This document shows, piece by piece, positions 40,260 to 48,684 of a stretch of DNA of 64,000 bases. A model generated the notes under the pieces. That model had not been told where the DNA came from. It saw only the letters and a program-made list of their open reading frames with translations, and searched no databases. The stretch comes from a bacterium (GTDB lineage Bacteria > SAR324 > XYD2-FULL-50-16 > G965216635): NCBI GenBank assembly GCA_965216635.1, contig OZ244188.1:2144001-2208000 (forward strand), given 5' to 3'. The position numbers and the translations under genes were made by a program. How positions within the stretch are numbered: the first letter of the stretch is position 1; the number at the start of each line of letters is the position of its first letter.

Positions 40260-40688
40260 ATGAACGAAAAAAAAGATATTCGCTGGGTGCAGCGATTCAA
40301 TAGTTACAAAAAAGCACTAGCAAAACTAACTTTAGCTACCGAAGAAGCCACTGAAAGAGACTTGTCTGATTTAGAAAAAGAAGGCTTAATAAAAAGGTTT
40401 GAATATACTCAAGAATTAGCTTGGTTAACCATCAAAGATTTTTATGAATCGCAGGGAGAAAGCAATATTCAAGGAAGCAAAGATGCTTTTCAACTAGCCA
40501 TAAAAAGAAGTTTGATCCATAGTGGCAATGCGTTTATGGAAACTATTGAAAGCAGAATTAAAACAGTCCATACTTACGACGAAGAAGAAGCAAACAAAAT
40601 ATACCATCAAATTATAGACCAATACCACAGCGCTTTTTTAGAATTAGAAACAGCTTTATTGAAAGAAAAAGAAGAACGAAATTTATAG
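40260..40688 (+). CDS. HEPN-domain protein (HI0074 / nucleotidyltransferase substrate-binding family), putative RNase toxin
   Basis: RWVQRF, GLIKRFEYTQELAW, RIKTVHTY (RX4H). Confidence 0.88.
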   Translation: MNEKKDIRWVQRFNSYKKALAKLTLATEEATERDLSDLEKEGLIKRFEYTQELAWLTIKDFYESQGESNIQGSKDAFQLAIKRSLIHSGNAFMETIESRIKTVHTYDEEEANKIYHQIIDQYHSAFLELETALLKEKEERNL

Positions 40689-40925
40689 ACCTTTGAATTT
40701 AGCTGATGCGACGGCTAGCCAAATGGTTAGAACAAGTGCAAAATTTTTTTTTTAATGGTAGTGCCACAATAATGGGATCAGGGCACTACAAAACTTAAAG
40801 CTAACACAATATAGACTGCAAAAGAGCCGCTGGCTATTTTGCTAAAGCCTGTATTGGCGTAAAAGCAATAAGCTTGCTTTGGTTAAACAGCTAGTTTTGT
40901 CCTATTTGGAAAATTCAAAAGTCTA
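40686..40925. mobile_element. Family-A MITE-like element between HEPN and MNT-hsdS, starting on the HEPN TAG stop
   Basis: TAGACCTTTGAATTT ... AAATTCAAAAGTCTA terminal inverted repeats. Confidence 0.85.
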
Positions 40926-40932
40926 ATTTATA

Positions 40933-42423
40933 ATGTTTGGTTTAGATACAGATACCACTAAAAATATAAAAAATTGCTTTTCAAAACTTCCCCAAATTGA
41001 AAAAGTGCTTTTATACGGCTCTCGAGCCAAAGGCAACTACAAAAACGGTTCCGATATTGACCTCACACTGCTAGGAAAAAATTTAAACTCCGACAATAGC
41101 ATCTATCCCCTACAAGAAGCGTTAGAAAAACTCTACCTACCCTACACCTTTGATATTTCAATTTTCAAGCGACTAGATAATTTAGATTTGATTGAGCAGA
41201 TTTTAAGAGTAGGCAAAACCTTCTATCAAAAAGAAAACAACGAGCTACCTGTTGGCTGGGAGATAAAAAAATTGGGTGATGTTTGTGAAGTGATCGCAGG
41301 ACAATCTCCAGAAGGCAAGTATTATAACAATAAAAGTAAAGGATTAGCTTTTTACCAAGGCAAAAAAGAATTTACTAAAAAATTTATTGGAAAGCCTACA
41401 AAGTGGACAACAAAGACAACAAAGATAGCCATTAAAGACGATATTTTAATGTCTGTTCGTGCACCAGTAGGTCCAGTAAATTTTTCAAATGATAAAATTT
41501 GCATTGGTCGCGGTCTCGCTATAATTAGAGCAAATAAAAAAATTGACAAAGAGTTTTTATTTAATTTTTTAGTAATGCAAGAAGGTCAAATTACTGGGAA
41601 TACAGGAGCAGTTTTTAATTCTATTAGTAAATCTCAAATTGAAAATATTCAAATCCCAATCCCACCACTAGCAGAACAAAACCGTATCGTTTCTGTTTTA
41701 GACAAGGCTTTTCAAGCTATAGACGAAATGAAAAACAACAGCGAAAAGAATCTCGCCAACACCAAAGAACTATGGCAAAGCTACCTACAACAAAGCTTCA
41801 CCAACCCAAAGAAAAACTGGCAACAAAAAAAACTATCAACCCTTTTTGACATTCAACCTCCAAAAAAAAACGCCCTAGAAACTTTACAAAAACAAGATAA
41901 AATTTCATTTGTTCCTATGAATTGTCTTAATATTGGAAATAAAAATCTTACACTAAAACAAACCAAATTATTAAAAGACGCCTATTCAGGATATACATAT
42001 TTTTCTGATAATGATGTTTTACTGGCAAAAATCACACCTTGTTTTGAAAATGGAAAAATAGGTATTGCTAAAAATCTTGCCAATGGTATTGGTTTCGGTT
42101 CTAGTGAATTTATCGTTTTTAGAAATAAAGGGAAGGTTTTACAAGATTATCTCTATTATTATTTGTCTCAAAAATCATTCCGCATTCAAGGAAAAAAGAG
42201 AATGGGCGGAGCTGTCGGACATAAAAGGTTAGCAAAAGACTTTATTAAAAATTATTCATTATCTTATCCCAGTTCACTAGCAGAACAAAAACAAATTACA
42301 GAAAGACTAGACACCCTCTCCGAAAAAACTACAGAACTACAAAAAAACTATCGTAAAAAAATCCAAAACCTAGTAGAATTAAAAAACTCCCTCCTAAAAA
42401 AAGCCTTCACAGGACAACTTTAA
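40933..42423 (+). CDS. hsdS: MNT (minimal nucleotidyltransferase) domain fused in frame to type I R-M specificity subunit
   Basis: First ~100 aa LYGSRAKG...GSDIDL...LPYTFDI; then LPVGWEIKKLGDV, two TRDs, IPIPPLAEQ, SLLKKAF.GQL. Confidence 0.9.
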   Translation: MFGLDTDTTKNIKNCFSKLPQIEKVLLYGSRAKGNYKNGSDIDLTLLGKNLNSDNSIYPLQEALEKLYLPYTFDISIFKRLDNLDLIEQILRVGKTFYQKENNELPVGWEIKKLGDVCEVIAGQSPEGKYYNNKSKGLAFYQGKKEFTKKFIGKPTKWTTKTTKIAIKDDILMSVRAPVGPVNFSNDKICIGRGLAIIRANKKIDKEFLFNFLVMQEGQITGNTGAVFNSISKSQIENIQIPIPPLAEQNRIVSVLDKAFQAIDEMKNNSEKNLANTKELWQSYLQQSFTNPKKNWQQKKLSTLFDIQPPKKNALETLQKQDKISFVPMNCLNIGNKNLTLKQTKLLKDAYSGYTYFSDNDVLLAKITPCFENGKIGIAKNLANGIGFGSSEFIVFRNKGKVLQDYLYYYLSQKSFRIQGKKRMGGAVGHKRLAKDFIKNYSLSYPSSLAEQKQITERLDTLSEKTTELQKNYRKKIQNLVELKNSLLKKAFTGQL

Positions 42424-42426
42424 ACT

Positions 42427-44295
42427 ATGCAAAAACTCCAGAAAATCTATTTATTAGCTGAAACACTCGGACAAAATATCCTAGTTTTTTTTGACTCAAT
42501 CCTAAATTTTACAACATACCTTTGGCAAAGTATTTCTGGCTATATTTTGAAATTTTTAGAAAAATTTTTGGAGCAATTAAATCCATCGCTTTTTCAAAAT
42601 GTTATCTTAGGAGTTTTAATAATTTATATTTTTGTTTCTGAGTTTATTTCTAATCAAATAAAGGAAAAACTAGAAAAAACAGAGATAATTAAAGAAATAG
42701 TTTTTAGCAAAATTTTAAATTTCCATCGGATTATAATAGCAATTTCAATACTTATATTTTTCTCTAGTTTTGGAAATAGTCTCAATATTAATACCTTTGA
42801 TAAGTTTCTAACTTTATTTATTTTAGTGTGTTGTATATGTTATTTACTACTACCACTTTATAAACTTAAAAAAATCCTCCGAGGCAAAATAGATGAAGAA
42901 ATAATATTACATTTAAAAAAAACAAAAACTTCAAAAATTCTAAAATCTAAAAATAAAGACAAATTAGCAATTATGATAAATGATTGGCAAAAAATTTGGG
43001 TTTCTGAAAAACTAACATATCAAAATGAAGTAGATTTTACAGAAATTTTTGTTACCCGTATTGATGATTTTATAAAATTGAAAAAATTTTATTTTGCTAG
43101 GCAACTCTTTGAAATCTATCTAAATAATTTTCAAAACCGAATAAATCTTTTTTGGATAGGTTATAGTCTTTTACCTAAAATACTAGATTGGGACGAAAAA
43201 TTTTGGCAAGAAGAACTAAAAAAAAATAAACTTTGGAAAGAAAAAAATAATCGCAACACACAAAATGTAAATACTATTAGGAGTAAAATAGAAAAAATTT
43301 TCTCAAATTTAAAAAATTATTTTCCAATTTCAATAGTAAAGAAAATATCTGATCAGTATGAAAAAAATTTTGCAGTTAGAGATGGATGGTTGCAATATGA
43401 TTATTTTAGAAGCGCGTGTCTGCTAGTAATAGTCAAAGAATTATTAAAACAAGAATCTCATCATTTTTTTTTAGTTTTTAAAAAACATACTCAAAGAATG
43501 GAAAAAAAATTGAATAAAATTAAGGCAGATACAGATGATAAACAAAAATATAATTCGTATATCAACAAGGTCTTTAGACAATTTTTCTTCACTTTTTTTG
43601 AAAATATAAATTCCTATCGATATCGTGATTATTTCCCTAATGAATGGAGAATCATAAAGGACAATAAATATCGTAAAATTACTCTACTAAGAATTTTATA
43701 TGAATTTAGACAATGGGCAATACCAATAGCTTTTCATTCTGATAAAGAAGATAAAAAATTAACTGCAGTCATAGAGTTGCTATTTCCTAGAGTACATCCA
43801 GGACTGTTTGCTGCTTTTTTAGCATTGCTTTTTAATTCGCAAAGAGAAATAAAATACGCCATTGAAAAAAAAGCAAATTTCCAAATTTCCAGTTCTAGTA
43901 TAATATTTACGCCATCTGAAGATGAAAATGAAAACAGAATATTACAGTCTGAATTATTAAAACAAGAGGAAAATAAACAAAAAGAAGAAACAGTTCAAAT
44001 CATTCTTAATTTTTTTACTCGCTTGTGGGAAATTCTTATATATTATCAAGATGATTTAGAAGCAAAAGATTCGAGAAATTGGGATAACATTCAAGAAATT
44101 GATAAAGAAGAGATAATTAAAAATATTAGAATAAAGAAACTTGAAAAAACAAAAGCTGAACTTAAAAGCCCAGAAATAGAAAAAATTTGTGATGAAGAAT
44201 ATAAAAAAGACAATAGAAATAATTCTATAGAATTAATTGACTTACTGATTAAAGAACTTAGAAATCAACCAAAAAGCGAACAAACCAAATACTAG
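42427..44295 (+). CDS. Hypothetical 622-aa protein with about 3 N-terminal TM segments
   Basis: Long, very AT-rich ORF; hydrophobic segments in the first 145 aa; no family recognised. Confidence 0.7.
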   Translation: MQKLQKIYLLAETLGQNILVFFDSILNFTTYLWQSISGYILKFLEKFLEQLNPSLFQNVILGVLIIYIFVSEFISNQIKEKLEKTEIIKEIVFSKILNFHRIIIAISILIFFSSFGNSLNINTFDKFLTLFILVCCICYLLLPLYKLKKILRGKIDEEIILHLKKTKTSKILKSKNKDKLAIMINDWQKIWVSEKLTYQNEVDFTEIFVTRIDDFIKLKKFYFARQLFEIYLNNFQNRINLFWIGYSLLPKILDWDEKFWQEELKKNKLWKEKNNRNTQNVNTIRSKIEKIFSNLKNYFPISIVKKISDQYEKNFAVRDGWLQYDYFRSACLLVIVKELLKQESHHFFLVFKKHTQRMEKKLNKIKADTDDKQKYNSYINKVFRQFFFTFFENINSYRYRDYFPNEWRIIKDNKYRKITLLRILYEFRQWAIPIAFHSDKEDKKLTAVIELLFPRVHPGLFAAFLALLFNSQREIKYAIEKKANFQISSSSIIFTPSEDENENRILQSELLKQEENKQKEETVQIILNFFTRLWEILIYYQDDLEAKDSRNWDNIQEIDKEEIIKNIRIKKLEKTKAELKSPEIEKICDEEYKKDNRNNSIELIDLLIKELRNQPKSEQTKY

Positions 44296-44386
44296 AGCAG
44301 AAATGTTATTGAAAGTATGCTAAAAATTTTGTAAAATATAGCTTTAAAAAATCATAACCAATACAAAATAGTCATCGTGGAAAAAA

Positions 44387-44683
44387 TTGCTAGATAAAAT
44401 ACTTGTATTTTCATTGAATTTTAAAAATCTAAATTCTTTTGTTACAGGAGTCACCGTTCCAAAATTAAATCAAAAAAAATTGAGACAAATTCCAATCCCA
44501 CCACTAGCAGAACAAAAACAAATCGCAGAAAGACTAGACACCCTCTCCGAAAAAACCACAGAAAGACTAGACACCCTCTCCGAAAAAACCACTGAACTAC
44601 AAGAAAACTATCGCAAAAAAATCCAAAACCTAGTAGAACTAAAAAACTCCCTCCTAAAAAAAGCTTTTAATGGAGAATTATGA
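44387..44683 (+). pseudogene. hsdS: Truncated second hsdS (TRD remnant plus conserved C-terminal helix with a 33-bp duplication)
   Basis: GVTVPKLNQKKLRQIPIPPLAEQKQI.ERLDTLSEKTT x2...LLKKAFNGEL; nearly identical at DNA level to 42275-42407. Confidence 0.85.
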
Positions 44684-44787
44684 TTAAAAAATTTAAAACT
44701 ATTGCAATTTTTTTATAATTACTATTACAATAAATATACTTGATAGACATTTAGTCTATGATATATAAAATAACATTAGGAGAAAAA

Positions 44788-44925
44788 ATGGCTAATAAAA
44801 AACAAACATCAAAAAAAGTAGCTAGGAAAGCTAGCTCATTATTGAGAGATGGTAGGACATCAGTAAAAACTAAGTCTGTTGCTGGTTCAGCTTTATCACA
44901 AACTAAAACAGGAAAAAATAAATAG
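44788..44925 (+). CDS. 45-aa small basic protein
   Basis: AGGAGA RBS; MANKKQTSKKVARKASSLLRDGRTSVKTKSVAGSALSQTKTGKNK; not in ORF track. Confidence 0.75.
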   Translation: MANKKQTSKKVARKASSLLRDGRTSVKTKSVAGSALSQTKTGKNK

Positions 44926-45046
44926 AGATGTTGTAGGCACTAGACAAAGTTTTTAAATGCTACCCGCTCCCCTTTTTAAAAAATGGGAAGTATGCGTTGA
45001 GTGTTACGAGTAACCATTGTATAGTGTTATTTTATCTATATAAAAA

Positions 45047-45304
45047 TAGACTTTTGAATTTGCATTCTGTTTAGCCAAAGCAAGCTTATTGCTTGACTCT
45101 TTTTATGGGCTATTTGTGAAACAGCCAAAGGGCTGTTTCACAGTTCATTCTTGCTTAATGAAAGGTTTGTAGTGTTTTTTGCTACGCCATTGAAAAAAAT
45201 TTTTAACTCTTGAAATACTTGAGTATTCCTGCGAGCTAAAATTTTTTTTCGCACCTGTTCTAACCATTTGGCTAGCCGTCACATCAGCAAAATTCAAAGG
45301 TCTA
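45047..45304. mobile_element. Family-A MITE-like element, best-preserved copy (258 bp)
   Basis: TAGACTTTTGAATTT / AAATTCAAAGGTCTA TIRs with TA at both ends; internal 12-bp stem TGTGAAACAGCC-AAAG-GGCTGTTTCACA. Confidence 0.88.
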
Positions 45305-45334
45305 TAAAAATTATAAACGAACTAACTTGATAAG

Positions 45335-46228
45335 ATGCAATTCACACTACTTTATGACGGTGAAGGTTTAAAAAATAACGAAATAAACTTAGGAGATTTA
45401 TCAGCTGCTCTTGTAGGGATTAATCAATTATTAGAAGAAACTAATAAAATCCTAAACGGTAATAAACAAAGAATTAAAGTTGTTGTAAAAGCTTTTAAAC
45501 CAGGAAGTTTTCAAATAGATTTCTCAGTTGTTCAAACACTGATCAACCAAGCAATAGAATTATTTACTTCTAACGGAGTTCTTGCTACAAAAAATGCACT
45601 TCAAATAATAATTGCTTTATTTGGCATTACTGGTAGTTTATATGCTTTTCTAAGGTTTTTAAAAGGTAGAAAGTATACTAAAAGAATTGAAACAGAAGAT
45701 GGTTCTTATATTGTTTATGTAGGCAGTGAATCTTGTAAAATTGGAAAAGAGATACTAAAACTATATAACAATTATAAAATTAGAAAAGCGTTTGAAGATG
45801 CAATCAAACCTATAGAAAAAGAAGGGATAGAGGAATTTGCTGTTAAAATAGATAAAGAAAAAGACTACGCTATTATAAAAAAAGGAGATTACCATTATTA
45901 TAAATGTATTCCCAAACAAGAATTTCCTCAAGGAGATCCTGTCGTCTATAATACGAGTATTAGAATAATAAATTTATCTTTTGAAGAAAAGAATAAGTGG
46001 TACGTAAATGATGGACAATCAAATTTTTTTGCAAATATTGAAGATAATAAATTTATGAAACAAATTAATTCTAATAAAGAAGAGTTTAGTAAGGGATCTA
46101 TTTTAGAGGTAAGAATAAGGAGACAGCAGTTTTTAGATAATTCTGGTAAATTAAAAACAGAACATTTTATTGAAACAGTTATCAAGCACATTAAATATCA
46201 ACAACAAGAAAATTTGTTTGAAAAATAA
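45335..46228 (+). CDS. Hypothetical protein (cassette in the R-M locus)
   Basis: 297-aa ORF, YDG..L..NE and GSF motifs; family not confidently recognised. Confidence 0.7.
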   Translation: MQFTLLYDGEGLKNNEINLGDLSAALVGINQLLEETNKILNGNKQRIKVVVKAFKPGSFQIDFSVVQTLINQAIELFTSNGVLATKNALQIIIALFGITGSLYAFLRFLKGRKYTKRIETEDGSYIVYVGSESCKIGKEILKLYNNYKIRKAFEDAIKPIEKEGIEEFAVKIDKEKDYAIIKKGDYHYYKCIPKQEFPQGDPVVYNTSIRIINLSFEEKNKWYVNDGQSNFFANIEDNKFMKQINSNKEEFSKGSILEVRIRRQQFLDNSGKLKTEHFIETVIKHIKYQQQENLFEK

Positions 46229-46452
46229 AAGAATCCTCAAAAATCCTTCCAAAATCAATTCTTAAAAACTACCAATAAAAAAAACTAAAATCAGTACTAT
46301 CACAAAATGCGATAGCTCTCAAAAAACTGTAACCTTAAAATCTGTTTCTAAATTGATTATCAAAAAATCAAACAAAAGCTATTATTGAAAATTTGCTAAA
46401 AATTTTGTAAAATATAGCTTTAAAAAATCATAACCAATACAAAATCTTCATC

Positions 46453-47589
46453 GTGGAAAAAATTGCTATCAATCCTAGTCGGCTTGATTGGTGCTGTAAA
46501 AAATACAATACAGGTTTTGAAGAGTTATCTGCCCAACTAAAAATTTCTTTAGAAAGTTTAGAGCAAGCTAAAATTACTGGAAAGCAGTTAGAAAAAATTG
46601 CGAACTATTTTACCCACAGTCTACTTTTTTTCCTTGAAAAAAAGGAGCCAAAAGAAGAACAAATCCTGTCTTTACAATTTAGAACGGTAAACAACCAAAA
46701 ACCTGAATTGGATTTAAAAATCCAGAGCCTTATCAAAAGAGCAGAGCAACAAAGAAAAATCTATTTAGGGCTTTTAGAAGGGTTAGAAACACCTCCAAAA
46801 AATTGGTATCCTACTCACTTAAAACTAGATAATCAAAATCTTAAAGCAACAGCGAAAATAGTTAGAAACTGGCTAGCTCTTAAAGAAAATTTTAATTTTA
46901 CAGAAATTAGAAATGCTGTAGAAAAAAAAGGAATAATGCTTGTTCTCCCTAATGCCTACAATGGAAAATGGCAAATAAAAAAACAACACCCTGTTCGTGG
47001 AATTTCCCTTTATTTTGAAAAGTTGCCTGTAATTATCGTTAAAAAACAACTATCTGATGCTCCTCAGGCTTTTACTTTGCTACACGAACTTGCCCATCTC
47101 TTAATCCATAAAAACAGCTTTATTGACGAAGAAGCAGATTTTGATAGTCACCGCAGAAAAGAAAAAGAAGCGAATCAGTTGGCGGCAAATATCCTTGTAC
47201 CAGAGGAGTTTTTAAATATTATTTCTAAAACAGAATTGTTGCAGTGCGAAGTAGAAAACTACGATAATTTTTTAGAAAATCACTGCAACCGTTGGTGTGT
47301 CAGTGCCGAAGTGATTTTGCGTCGTTTTTTAGATTTAAAAATTTTACCGCAAACAAAATACCAATCTTACAGAGAATACAGAGAAAATTTAACCTTCCCA
47401 GAATCCACTGGAGGCAGTCGTGAGTGGCGTCATAGAGAGCCAATGCATATTTTTGGAAAACCTTTTGTGGCTACTGTTTTAGACGCTTTTTATAACAAAC
47501 ATATTACTCTCGTTAAGGCTAGTGACTATTTAGACAATCTAAAAATAAAAGACTTACACCAATTAGAGACCTATGTATCTGCTAGATAG
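46453..47589 (+). CDS. HTH plus ImmA/IrrE family metallopeptidase
   Basis: INPSRL.W N-terminus, FTLLHELAHL, EKEANQLAANILVP. Confidence 0.88.
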   Translation: MEKIAINPSRLDWCCKKYNTGFEELSAQLKISLESLEQAKITGKQLEKIANYFTHSLLFFLEKKEPKEEQILSLQFRTVNNQKPELDLKIQSLIKRAEQQRKIYLGLLEGLETPPKNWYPTHLKLDNQNLKATAKIVRNWLALKENFNFTEIRNAVEKKGIMLVLPNAYNGKWQIKKQHPVRGISLYFEKLPVIIVKKQLSDAPQAFTLLHELAHLLIHKNSFIDEEADFDSHRRKEKEANQLAANILVPEEFLNIISKTELLQCEVENYDNFLENHCNRWCVSAEVILRRFLDLKILPQTKYQSYREYRENLTFPESTGGSREWRHREPMHIFGKPFVATVLDAFYNKHITLVKASDYLDNLKIKDLHQLETYVSAR

Positions 47590-47839
47590 TTCTTCGGTTA
47601 TTCATCTTTGGGACAATTATCCTAAAAGTAATAAACTTTTTAATGATTTTTGGGAATGGGTAGAGGAAAAAATTATTTCTCAAGAATACAGAATAAAGTA
47701 TACTAAAACAGACCGAAACAATGCAAAAAATTACTGGAGAAAAAATGAAACGGTTACAATTTGTAACCAGTTAAAAATGCTTTCTCAAGATGGTAAAATG
47801 AGAATGACTGATGTTGTTGATACTAAACAAATTTTTTAG
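47573..47839 (+). pseudogene. Truncated DUF4411-like PIN protein fused to a Bro-N family fragment
   Basis: MYLLDSSSVIH.W..YP....FWEW then NYW...TVTICNQLKM...DGKMRMTDV.DT.Q. Confidence 0.65.
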
Positions 47840-47853
47840 ATACTAATCAAAAA

Positions 47854-48684
47854 ATGAACGAAGCAAATACTAGAGCAGAGAAACTTGTAGTATTTCAATC
47901 AAAAAAAATTCGTAGAATATGGTATGAGGAAGAATGGTATTATTCTGTAGTAGATATTATTGCAGTTTTAACAGAAAGTCCTACTCCAAGACAATATTGG
48001 GGGAAAATAAAACAAAGAGAATTTAATGATCTTCAGTTGTCCCCAATTTGGGAACAACTGAAATTAGAAAGTGTAGATGGCAAAAAATATAACACTGATT
48101 GTGTAAATACTAAAAACGCCTTCCGACTCATACAATCCATTCCTAGCAAAAAGGCTGAACCTTTTAAGCAGTGGTTAGCTCAAGTGGGGCAAGAAAGAAT
48201 TGAGGAAATAGAAAATCCCGAACTAGCCCAAAATAGAATGAAAGAAATTTATGAGAAAAAAGGATATTCTAAAGATTGGATTGATAAACGTCTGCGGGGT
48301 ATTGCCATACGACAAAACCTTACTGATGAATGGCAAGAAAGAGGGATTACAGGGAGTGAAAATTTTGCTATTTTAACTTCCGAAATATCAAAAGCTACTT
48401 TTGGAATGACGCCTAATGAATATAAAAACCTTAAAAATCTACCTCAAAAATCAAAGGCTAATTTGCGAGATCACATGGACGATTTAGAACTTATTTTTAC
48501 AATGCTGGGAGAGAGAGTAACTACAGAAATTTCCAAAACAGAAAAACCAGATACTTTTGATAAAAACAAAAAAGTAGCAAAAAGAGGCGGACAGGTGGCA
48601 GGTAATGCTCGTGAAAATACAGAAAAAGAATTGGGCAGGAGCGTTATCACAAAAACCAATTCTCTTGATTCTAAAAAAAAATGA
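47854..48684 (+). CDS. Bro-N domain / phage antirepressor-like protein whose first 9 codons match those of hsdR
   Basis: IRRIW..EEWYYSVVDII, RLIQSIPSKKAEPFKQWLA, NLRDHM..LELIF. Confidence 0.88.
   Translation: MNEANTRAEKLVVFQSKKIRRIWYEEEWYYSVVDIIAVLTESPTPRQYWGKIKQREFNDLQLSPIWEQLKLESVDGKKYNTDCVNTKNAFRLIQSIPSKKAEPFKQWLAQVGQERIEEIENPELAQNRMKEIYEKKGYSKDWIDKRLRGIAIRQNLTDEWQERGITGSENFAILTSEISKATFGMTPNEYKNLKNLPQKSKANLRDHMDDLELIFTMLGERVTTEISKTEKPDTFDKNKKVAKRGGQVAGNARENTEKELGRSVITKTNSLDSKKK

Noticed and set aside
40933..44683. Invertible hsdS shufflon
   Set aside because: The hsdS repeats are in direct orientation, the second copy lacks a full TRD, and no recombinase is present
47854..48684. Prophage indicated by the Bro-N/antirepressor and ImmA genes
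   Set aside because: No structural, replication, lysis-cassette or integrase genes nearby; these families are common R-M locus passengers
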